From: the human T2T-CHM13v2.0 reference genome, Homo sapiens
NCBI RefSeq assembly: GCF_009914755.1
Contig: NC_060932.1
Direction: 5' to 3' (one strand)
DNA length: 64,000 bases
Shown here in pieces: positions 53,251-64,000 of the stretch. The position numbers were made by a program, and so were the translations under genes. Numbering within the stretch: the first letter of the stretch is position 1; each line of letters starts with the position of its first letter. The notes under the pieces are model-generated. The model was not told the DNA's origin and ran no database searches. It saw nothing but the letters and a program-made list of their open reading frames with translations.

Positions 53251-53392
53251 CTTTTGGAGGACCTTGCACTGGTAAATACCATCCTCTAAACTAGCTAAAG
53301 GCAAGTTATTCCTTATCATCCTGGGTTTAAATGTGTGATCACAGCCAAAATCTCTTCATTTAAACACTAAAGATATAAGAAGTGGCTGGTAC

Positions 53393-54305
53393 CTGTGTGC
53401 GTCCTCGTGTGGGCCTTCAGATGGGAACTTTTAAAGTATGTCTTGCCACATCCTGGGTGGCTACAGATGTGACTCCTTATCCTTGATGAATCAATCTGAG
53501 GAGTGACTTTTGCTGCTGAAGGGGAAAACCCAGGAGCAGGGGCAATGGGAGAGAGTCTGGTGCCATTCGGGCTCACCACCGGAGGCTTTGAACTCTGCAC
53601 AACGGGCTGGGGTACCACAAACATGACAGCGCCTTTGGGGACTTGTGTGCCCATGAACACAACAGGGGGGCAAACGGCTGGTGGCTGGCTGGGAGGAGTG
53701 CTGGGAACGACTGTTGTCACAACAGGGTTGTTGGCAGGAAGGGGAACCATCTGGCAGATGACCGGCATAGGTGGCACTCCCCCTGCAGATACTGCAGGTG
53801 GAGAGACCAACACTGACTTCTGTTGTGGGGACACAGGGGCTGGCTGAGACCTGCAGATGACCGTCTCTGAGGAAGGCACAGAAAAGTCATAAAGTGCAGC
53901 ACTTGCTTTCTCATCAACATCTGCCACGGTGTTTCTCTCACATTTGGATCTGTTTGGTGACACAGCGGCACATGGTATGTTCTTTCTTGCAGCCTCAACA
54001 TTTAGGTGGGTTCTTCTTCTAAAAGAATTGTTCTGATAGTTGAGGATGCTGGCTGCTTTCATTGGGCAGGTCTGGTGGTTACATAGCTGGGCATCAGCTG
54101 TATGACGAATCACACTTGTTGCCTGAGCTTTGGGGAGTTTGGGGGCAGATACTGGGCTCTTTTCTTCCTCTTTGAAAGGTGCGGCAATGTGAGGTTTGGC
54201 AGTATCTGAGAGTGACTTGAAGTGTACAGTAGATGGCGCTGGTGCCATCAGATTTGACACTTGAGAGGGTTCAAAGTCAGAAGGACTGTAAGGTGGAGTC
54301 AAACA
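53393..54305 (-). CDS. KLF10: KLF10 coding exon 3 (Pro-rich repression domains plus first C2H2 finger)
   Basis: AG acceptor at 54307-54306; 913 nt; ends [25 protein letters not shown]|GTACCA; matches ORF 53367..54302. Confidence 0.97.
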
Positions 54306-54407
54306 CTAAAGAAAAGGGAAATACATAGCATGAGAAATCTACAGTTTATTATATAAATTTTAAGAAATTATATAATTTACGTCTATCTTAAAAACAATAA
54401 TACTTAC

Positions 54408-54641
54408 AAATGCTGGGATTGTATGAAAATCAGGTGTTCCCGGAAGCAGATTCTCTTCCTCTGACAAATCAGATACTGGTGTAACAGGTCTGTTTTCAAC
54501 GTATTTCTTAAAATCAGACTTCCAACTGCAGCTCATTGACATAAGTGCTTCTACAGCTTCAAAATCACTTTTCTCTGCAGTTTTGTTCCAGGAATACATA
54601 CTCTCTTTTGGCCTTTCAGAAATCATTTCCATTCTTTCCTC
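54408..54641 (-). CDS. KLF10: KLF10 coding exon 2 ([14 protein letters not shown]...HTIPAF), containing the Sin3-interaction helix [12 protein letters not shown]
   Basis: AG acceptor at 54643-54642 and GTAAGT donor at 54407; 234 nt, phase 0/0; matches ORF 54360..54632. Confidence 0.97.
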
Positions 54642-55714
54642 CTATAAAAACAAAAGAGGAAAGCTTATAAGCATATTTTTTGTCATCCAAATGACACACA
54701 GAAAAATGAGCAAATTTTTTTTTTTTTTTTTTTTTACAACTCACACAACTTTCCAAATTAAAATCAGAAATAATTTTCCTCTCACACTTACTATGATACT
54801 AAGGAAGTTCAGCTACACTTGTTAGGTAGGTAACCCAAACCTCACAGTAGTGGCAATAAAATCTTCCTCATTTTTTCTGTTAACATTTAGACTTTAACAC
54901 TGATAAAGCGATATCCGTTCATGGGAGAGAGGCACACCTACTACCATTAAGGGGACTAAGACGAAAATTATCAATGCATTTGTGATCCAAAAGGAGAAGT
55001 ATTTGGCTAAGAAGAAAAGGAGTATTTTATATAGACTTTCCAGAGTAGCTACCTGCAACTGGAGTCGGGCAAAAAAACTAAGAGTGCGGCAAAAAATTTA
55101 TCTTCTTAAATATTACAGGTATGGTATGAGGTCTTTTGAGGTACAAATTGCTGATAGAAAAAAAAAATAGCCAAAACCTTCTAATAAAGACAAAATGTAG
55201 TAGAGCTCTGGCCTGTTGTTATGGGTCTGACCTTTGGAAAGTCACTTTGCACTTTGGGATAAAAATCAAAAGATAAGGGATCCTCAGGGTATCTTTCAAG
55301 TTAAAATTGCATTATTTAAGATCTAAAATTTGATCACTTGATTATGGTAAAGAAAAATCAAGTGATATACATAGAAAAAAATTCTAATGTTTATTTTAAT
55401 TAACTTTCAACCTCTTCATATTTGTGCTCCCTTTTACTGAATCTATTTGACACAATGGTTTGCCATACATAACTACAACATAGCTAATGCAATATTACTA
55501 AAAACTGGATAATCAAAAAATTTAATATTCTACTTGGAATTTGCAAAAACCGACTTTAAAAAGTCAGCATAATCAAAGTAGAATCTATTTTAATTCCTTA
55601 AAGAACTGCTTGATGACAAAATAACAGCACAGGTTTTGCACTTATTTGTAGAACTACCTAATGTTTTATAGTAAAGTTCTTTGAACTACGCTAAAAAAAA
55701 ATGGTACTACTCAC

Positions 55715-55905
55715 CATTTCTCCTATTTTCCATTAAAAGAAAACTGTCCAGACTCGTTTGGTCAAAGTAGAGATTGTGTAAAAATACCAAAAAACATTCT
55801 TTACGTTGCAAGGTATTATTCTCAATACTAGTTTTTCAAAAATGCATGATGCCTTCGTGTTGAAATCCTAAGAAAACGAGCCATTGCTCTTGAAATATCG
55901 CTAAC
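55715..55905 (-). other. KLF10: KLF10 alternative first exon (EGR-alpha-type isoform) contributing only the ATG
   Basis: Minus strand GAGAA-ATG|GTGAGT at 55717-55709; splicing to exon 2 gives 1+468=469 aa, the size I recall for EGR-alpha. The 5' boundary is estimated from a TATA-like TACATAAA at 55939-55932. Confidence 0.75.
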
Positions 55906-55929
55906 AATATAATTGCATAATCGCGCCCG

Positions 55930-56360
55930 CCTTTATGTAAGCTGCAATGGACAGCGCGCGTGTGTGTAACAGCCCCAAGACGCCAATGCAAAAAAAGGAA
56001 AAAAGAAAGGCAGGCGGCAGGGAAAGAGAGCGTGAGCTGGGAAGGACAGGAAGGGAAACAGGGAGGGGAGGAAAGGGAGTGGGGCGCGAGGCAGGAAAGG
56101 GAAGCGCGGGCGGAGGCGCGGGCGGGGGAGGCAGACGAGGGGCGGGGGCGGACGGCGGGGGAGATCCTAGCTGGCGGAGACCGACGGATGGGGCCGCCCT
56201 AACCTCAATGAGGCTCACGGGTGAGTCACTGGGAACATTCCTCGCCGCTCGCACGTCCCCGCGCCCCTGCCCCCGCCATTGGCCGGCCGGCTCGGCGGCC
56301 CGAGCCCGGATTGGCTGTGCGGCCCGGGGCGGGGGCGTGGGCGAGGAGGGGGCGAGGCAT
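55930..56360 (-). promoter_or_regulatory. KLF10 intronic (alternative) promoter
   Basis: TATA-like 55932-55939, AP-1 TGAGTCA 56222-56228, ATTGG at 56278 and 56310, EGR sites at 56142, 56329 and 56335. Confidence 0.65.
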
Positions 56361-57810
56361 GTGAACAAAGCGTGATCAGCGGCTGCTCCGGGAGGCGCAG
56401 GAAACGTGAACTGGGAATTGCCGCGCCGTCACCTTTCCCCTACTTCCTGAGCTTGCGGGCCCCCGCCCGCGCCCGACCCGGGGGAGGGGCCGCGGGCGCC
56501 GCCGCCAACCGCCCGGCCGTGCGCGCCGGGCCCGCGGGGAGGGGCGGGGCTGCGGGCGCCAGGCTCCGGGAGGCGCCCGCCCCTTCCAGCTCCCCGCGAG
56601 CCGCCGTTCCCTTAGGAACCGACAGCGGGGCCGGGCCTCGCTCCCGCCCCTGGCGGAGGCCGGGGCTGGGTCACTCGGGGACGAGAAGCTCCCCGGGCGC
56701 ACCCGCTCCCGGCCCACCCCCGGCCTCCGCCTCAGATGCGGGAGGAGGAGCCAGGTCCCCGCGGAAACCCGGCCGCCGCCCTCCTCCCGCCGGCAGCCCC
56801 CGGGAACCCGGCCGAGCCCTCGGCACTTCCCGCCCACGCGGCCCACGGGACCTCAGACCACCCCGTCTCTCCCTGTAGACGCGGCGCCCCCTCCCCGTGG
56901 CTTCCGGCAGCTCCAGGCCCCTCCCGCCGCGCGTCTCCACGGGTTCCCAGACGTGCAGCCCCCACAGGCCCCGGCTCCAGACGCGCGGCCCCCGCGTCTC
57001 GCGGCCCAGCTCCCCCCGCCCACCTTCCCGCCCCAGCTGCTGGGTCCCGCTTCCCACCCTCCTGCCCCAGAGGCGGCTCCCCGCCTCTTCCAAGGAGTCG
57101 TCAGAAGGCGGCCACCTGCCCCTGGGGTAAGAGTCCCCCTCCAGACGTCTGGGGGAGCAACTCGTCCCCCAGGGCTGTCGGCGGGCCCTCGTGTCATCCC
57201 CCCGCTCCGACGACAGGCGCCCCTTCCCCCAGCCCCGAGCTATCTGCTGAGCAGCCCCCGTCTTCCAAGCGTGGGTTCAGACCCCCAGGATGGGTAGCCC
57301 ACTCGCCTCTCCTGTGGACACCCCGCCTCCCGAGTGCTTGCGAGCAGCCCCTTCCTCCCCTGGCTCGCGTTCCTGAGCCAGACCGGGCATCTCTCCTCGG
57401 TACCAGGTGAGGGTAGCCCCCTTGTCCCTCCCGCGACTCTCGTTCCACACTGTACCCCAACCTCGCTGCAGGGCAACGGCCCCCTCCCCACTCCTCCCCC
57501 GCTCGTCATCCTCCTCCTCACCAGCCCTCTCGGGTCTCCATGCGGAGTTGTCCCTTCCCCTCAGTACATCTAGAGCAAGACCCCTGTCCCTGTCTGAAGA
57601 TCCCAGCCCCCTGGTTCGACCCCCTCCCGAACACACACGCCCTCACTAATGCCCATAGTCTGCAGGCAGGAAGCCCTTTCCTTCCCCACGACTCCGCTGC
57701 AGCCCCAATTCTCAGGCATGGCTGATGTCCGGGGCTCGGGGTTCGCGCCCCCTTTGGCCCCCCAGACAAGACCAGGCGAGGAAGCACAGGGGCATCCCCA
57801 AATGACTTAC

Positions 57811-57846
57811 CGCAGTCTGCTGGAGAGAGGCACCGAAGTTGAGCAT
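57811..57846 (-). CDS. KLF10: KLF10 coding exon 1 (TIEG1 isoform), MLNFGASLQQTA
   Basis: Minus strand reads CCAACC-ATG CTC AAC TTC GGT GCC TCT CTC CAG CAG ACT GCG|GTAAGT: good Kozak context, canonical phase-0 donor, recognised KLF10 N-terminus. Confidence 0.97.
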
Positions 57847-57984
57847 GGTTGGCTGCTTGGCCGCCGGCGGCAAGCTGACTGGCTGCTAGGCTGCTGGCTG
57901 CTTGGCCACAGACGGGCGCACGGAGACACTCGACGCCGCTCCCGCCGCCGCCGCGCTCAGCGCCGTCTGCCCCCTCCCCATTCA

Positions 57985-58360
57985 GGTAGCCGCTCAGCCT
58001 GCCCCGCGCCGCGGGCGGGGGTGGGGGCGGAGCCTGAGGCCGGCCAATCAACGGCAAAGGTGTGTGAGGCGCCGGCCAATGGGCTCGCGGGGCCACGCGT
58101 GATCGGCGACTGCCCGGCAGCGTGAAGCTGGTGTCAGTGGAGCGTGTACACAATCCCCGGCAGCGTGTTCCCTCTGCCCTGCCCCGGGGAACTCCAGAGG
58201 CCACCTGATTGAGTGACGCCCCCCGCCCCTCGCCCACCCCTCGCCCACTCCTTGCCCCTCGTCCCCCGCCCCTGCCTAGAGAGGCGGTGCCGCGGCCGGG
58301 GAGGCGCGGCGACTGCAGCGCGCCCAGGCACTGCGGAGGGCCAGCCCCACGTGGGGGGTG
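57985..58360 (-). promoter_or_regulatory. KLF10 upstream (TIEG1) promoter, no obvious TATA box
   Basis: GC box GGGGCGGAG ~58024-58032, CCAAT at 58044 and 58076, CACGCG ~58094, E-box CACGTG 58348-58353. Confidence 0.75.
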
Positions 58361-61148
58361 GGGAGGGATGCCCGCTCCGCCCCGTCCCCTCCGCGCCGGG
58401 CCTCGTCTCAGCCCGCCACGGAGTGGGCGGGACGCCAGGCAGGCGGGGGACGCGGCGGCTGCCAGCCAAGGGGCCGGAGCCAAGAGATTTGCATTGGAAG
58501 CGCCATCCTCTTGCGCGTCTGATGAGGAAGCAGAACCCGGTGACCGACTGAGCTGCATTTCTGAAGCATTTGCTGGGTTTTGCCTCACTAAGCCTCGGGG
58601 AGCACTGGGGCGCGGGATGGGGGACCCTGTCACGGAGCCGACACCTGCTCGCGCGCCTCTCCCCCGCTCACGCCGTGCCGCGGGCTCGCCCTCCCCATCT
58701 GCAGCGCCCGCAGCGCCTGCCCGCCCCGCCCATCCTTCCTCCTGGGCAACCCAGAGGATGGCGTGAGGACTCCTGGAAGCCCAGAGGACCGGACCAGGGG
58801 CGTGGTGGGGAGCCGTAGACCCGAGTTTTTATCCTTCTCTGGCGCCGACACTCGGCTGCGGAATCGAGTTTGAGCTCGGTGTAGCTGAAGTTTAAATTGT
58901 AGCTGTTTCAAAGGTAGACCCCACCTCACCCCCACCCCTGGACCAAGACCTCTGGAAGCGTCCTGCCTGGAAGCCGCTTGTGGGGAGGGCTCTCCTAGGG
59001 TCTCCAGGCTCCCGCTGGAGCACGCCTGGAGGTGGGTTTGCCGGCCGTTCCCTGAAACTGGCACCACTACCGCCCCACCCACCCACTCCAGCTGGTGGGA
59101 GGCAGGCTGGGTTTCTGAAAGGAAGCCGCCCGTGTGCTGCGCCTGGGGGCTGGGGCTAGGCCTTCTGATCAGGAAAGCCCATGGCCCTGCTTTGGCACGG
59201 ATTTGCCCCCGTTTGGCCGTTTGTGCGTGATCACAGCAGCTGTTGTTGGAGAGGAAGGCAGTGATAACGGGGCTTAAAGCAAATCGGAGATCTTATCCGA
59301 TTTGGACAGGCTGAATTTAAGGCAAAAATCACTGTCTCTCCTTCGAGCACTCACGTCTCTGTAACTGAATGAAAGGCTGGTAATGCAAATAGCATTTCTA
59401 TCCCAGTAATCACAGAATGAACACAGGAAGGGAATTAATTCTTTTAGAAACTGCCAATGCTATGCGTATCTTCCGATGGTTTTTTTCTAATGTATCTAAG
59501 GCCCAGGCTAGCGAACAACAGCAATAATAATGATAGTAATACTGTTGGCCAGGACCAGAGAGGCCCAGGGCTGCGGGGATGAGGAGGGAATGGCCTCCTG
59601 TCACCGCCCCTCCTGAGTCTGCTGGAGAGGCGCCAGCTCAGCAGCCCGGCAGCTCTTCCTGCCTCTCCCCACCCCATGTCCCTGCTTCTGTCTGCGGGGT
59701 GTCCCTCCCCACAGGTTTCCTTCCGCCTGGGCTGTCCCATCCTGTTGACCCAGCCTGAGGGCTGGAGCAGTTGGCCCTGGACACTGTGGCGGGAGAGGAA
59801 GCTCCTGTATGCCCCTCCGGCAGGCCTACCTTCCTTCCTGTCGGGCCCTCCCCTGGGGTGGCTTCTGCTAGACCCTCCAGGCCAGAACCCTGTCCCTTCC
59901 TCAGGAATGTGGGGCCTGCTGGCCTGGCTCCCCAGCGGGCTAAGAAGCAGGGAGCGGTCTTGACTTGTGAGAGTGATTCAAAACAGGAAAGAAAAGAGAA
60001 AAGGGGTAGGAGGAACAGTGTGGTGGTGGCACAATTCCTAGAGATTCAGAGAAACATGTTTGCCGGGCTCCTCAGACAACATATCCAAAACTAGAATTGC
60101 TGATTCTACTCCTTCCCGGATGCGTGCCTTGTCTCCTTCCAGCCTTCACCTTCTCTCTCAAAGCCCTGGATCTGATTGTTCCCCAGGACCCAGCAGTTTT
60201 GCCTCAGAAATGTCTCTGTTCTCACTTTCCATTTCTACCCTCCAAATGTTGCACTAGATCAATCTGTCATCAAGTCTTGCTCTGATTAAACAATCTGCAA
60301 TCCCCCCACCCAACCTCCACCCACACTCCAGCTTATTTTCCATTGCCCAAGCTCCATACTGTGACTGGAATGGCTTTTTAAAAGTCATGATCCAATCATA
60401 ACATTCTCTCCTTAAAAATGATCCATGGCTCCTGTTGCCAGGATATGAAAGGCCATTCAGTTCTGAGCTATCCAGTCAGCCTCCAACTATAGGACTCTCC
60501 CAACCCTCCCCACCTCGTCTTCCACCCAGACTTACCCTTGCCCACAGCCACAGCAAACCGCTTGCTGTTCCTCAAACATATGGTGCATTTTCATGTCTCC
60601 GAGCCACATCCTCATTCAGGAAACACTATGTTGCACATGCCTTTGTTCGTTTATCCACTCCATTCGACAACTATTTGTTGAGCATCTACTATGTGTTCTA
60701 GGCACTGTTCCAGGGACAGTAGCAGTGAACAAGACAGGCCAGGGGAGGCAAAGATAAGTACACGTCGAATACACACACACACACACACGCACACACACAC
60801 AAAAGCACCATTAAGGTAGGTAAGTTCACTTACAGTGCACCAAATTGTAACAGGGTGGTAAGATTGTGACTGGGCAACTGGTTTGGTATGAGATATAGGA
60901 GAAGCTTGCTCCAAGGAGATGTTTAAGCTGAAAACCTCATGAGAGGATAGGAGGATCCCGGGCAAGTGCACCTAAGTAGAGGGAGCAGCTAAGGCAGTCT
61001 TACAGCAGGAAGGACCTGGCCCCATGGGATGCAATGTGGCTGGAGGTGCAGAGGGTGTCAGGGAGAGTGGGAGGGGATGAGGCTGGAAAGTAAAGCGGGA
61101 GGAGCTAGACTACTGAGGAAGTTATAGGTCATGGTTTGAAATGGGGAT

Positions 61149-61457
61149 TTTCTTTTTCTTTTCTTTTCTTTTTTTTTTCTGACGGAGTCTCGCTCTTTCA
61201 CCAGGCTGGAGTGCAGTGGTGTGATCTTGGCTCACTGAAACCTCCACCTCCCAGGTTCAATCAATTCTCCTGCCTCAGCTTCCTGAGTAGCTGGGACTAC
61301 AGGCGTGAGCCACCACGCCCAGCTAATTTTTGTATTTTTAGTACAGACGGGGTTACACTATGTTGGCCAGGATGGTTTCAGTCTCTTGACCTTGTGATCT
61401 GCCTGCCTCGGCCTCCCAAAGTGATGGGATTACAGGCATGAGCCACCGTGCCCGGCC
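61149..61457 (-). mobile_element. AluSc-like element, TSD GAAATGGGGATTTT
   Basis: Reverse-complement Alu with flanking duplication. Confidence 0.88.
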
Positions 61458-61519
61458 CGAAATGGGGATTTTTCTTTAAAGTGCTAGGGGACGCCATGTA
61501 CAAGAAATGTACATTTGCA

Positions 61520-61936
<417 letters not shown>

Positions 61937-62074
61937 TCAGCGTACATTGTCCACACCTTCATGCTGGGAGTGGATTAGTCATTTTGCAAGGAACATTTTT
62001 TACGATACTGAGTCCTGCCCATGCTCCATCCAGATCTGAACTCCTGAGATGGTGATCATGTATAATCATCTATA

Positions 62075-62682
<608 letters not shown>

Positions 62683-62899
62683 CCTATAATCATCTTTTTG
62701 ATCTAGTATCTGTTCTATACGAAGCACTCAAGATTTTTTTTTTTTATTGGAGAAAGTAATTGTAGATTGTCTCTGAAGACCCACTGGAGTTACAGACAGG
62801 ATATGTGCAAACGCCTAGGTGGAAGTGTGGGTCCTTCTATGCCTTTCCCTTAGCTTGTGTCATTGCAGGGTCAGACATGGAAAACTGTCATCTTGGGCG

Positions 62900-63258
62900 T
62901 GTATATGGTTTGGATGTGGCTTGGCTCTGTCCCCACCCAAATCTCACCTTGAATTGTAATCCCCATAATCCCCACTTGTCGAGTTGGGGATCAGGTGGAA
63001 GGCGACTGGATCATCGGGGCAGTTTCCCCCATGCTGTTCTCGTGATAGTGAGTAAGTTCTCATGAGATCTGATGGTTTTATAAGGTGGTTTTCCCTGCTC
63101 TTGCTTGTGCTCTGTGCCTCTTCCCCTTCCACCATGATTGTAAGTTTCATGAGGCCTCCCCAGCCATGCAGGACTATGAGTCAATTAAACCTCTTTCCTT
63201 TACAAATTACCCAGTCTCGGGTAGTTCTTTATATCAGTGTGAGAACAGACTAATGTAG
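62900..63258 (+). mobile_element. THE1D-like MaLR solo LTR
   Basis: TATGGTTTGG...CCCCACCCAAATCTCACCTTGAATTGTAATCCCCATAATCCCC...GAACAGACTAAT. Confidence 0.85.
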
Positions 63259-63477
63259 CATGAGTAAAAGAAAGCCCTTGGGCAGTAGTAAGTGGTACCT
63301 CAGATAGATGCTGACCCTTCCTGCTGATGGTACTGGTTTCTCCTTAGATCAGAATAATGAAGGAAGTGAGAGGGGAGCTGACTGTAAAGATTTCTCAGGT
63401 CAGTTATGAATGTTAGAACACATTGTACCCACGAGACATCTTCTCTTTGCCCCTTGCAGTCAGTGGGTCTCATCACC

Positions 63478-63990
63478 ATTCATCCATTCATTGCCCCACC
63501 ATATGCCAGGTATTAGCTGAACACTGAGGAAAAACCATAAAAATGACACCGTTCCAGTGTTGAAGGAGCTTCCAGTATAGTGGGAGAAGTAAATAGGAGA
63601 GCCAGCCGTCACTATAGAATCTGACAAATGCTAAGATAGGTACCTGCAGGTGCCTAGGGAAGGGTCAGGGAAGCCTTCTCCCATTTGATCTGTAAGCTGA
63701 GGAAGTAAAGGGATAGAAGTGGAGACTAGAGAGAGCCTTGGGGATTTAGGATGCTCTGAATTGTCTGGATCACAGATCTGAGAGGCAGGATGAGGAACTT
63801 AGGCTATTAAGGAAAGCAGCCCAGAACATGAAGTGCCTTTGTGTGCCGTGCTAAGGAATGTGGAAGTGGAACTTTTATCCTAAGGACAAGGGGGACCTGC
63901 TGACAGGTTTTAACAAGGATGATGGTATAGGAAGCTCATTCTGGCCCAGCATGGAGAATGGACCAGAGGAGTGAGGGTCTGTCGCCATTG
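63478..63990. mobile_element. L2 fragment (similar pieces at ~60300-61130)
   Basis: CATTCATCCATTCATT...TATGCCAGG...TAAGGAATGTGG...GGTTTTAA...ATTCTGG. Confidence 0.6.
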
Positions 63991-64000
63991 AGAAGGCTTT

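Larger units (their letters stand above)
55900..58900. promoter_or_regulatory. CpG island covering both KLF10 promoters and the 5' part of intron 1
   Basis: Very high GC and CpG density with many GC boxes, contrasting sharply with the AT-rich flank below 55900. Confidence 0.95.

Noticed and set aside
55901-59086. Many long overlapping ORFs (up to 371 aa) on both strands
   Set aside because: Stop-poor GC-rich CpG island; Pro/Gly/Arg/Ala low-complexity translations with no recognisable domain.

Overview
Human genomic DNA, identified from dense Alu/L1/MIR/L2/MaLR repeats and human-specific AluYb8. It carries the complete KLF10 (TIEG1/EGR-alpha) gene on the minus strand, which from recalled knowledge lies at 8q22.3. 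Four coding exons (57811-57846, 54408-54641, 53393-54305, 52376-52635) all have GT-AG junctions and sum to 1443 nt, i.e. 480 aa plus stop. An alternative first exon ending ATG|GTGAGT at 55715 gives a 469-aa isoform. A ~3 kb CpG island covers both promoters, and the ~1.35 kb 3'UTR ends near an AATAAA at 51043-51048. The ~51 kb downstream of the gene is repeat-rich intergenic DNA with a degraded processed OCT4 pseudogene (~23475-24585, probably POU5F1P2). I found no evidence of a wholly new gene or system, and most ORF-track entries are repeat- or GC-derived noise. The best leads are regulatory: an in-frame KLF10 uORF ending in a UAG-CAR-YYA readthrough context, an overlapping uORF specific to the alternative first exon, 32-bp-spaced CCAAT pairs at both promoters, a miR-30 site overlapping the poly(A) signal, an exonic CTCF-like motif and a nested palindromic AT-rich repeat. 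Repeat family names come from recalled consensus sequences and their boundaries are approximate.
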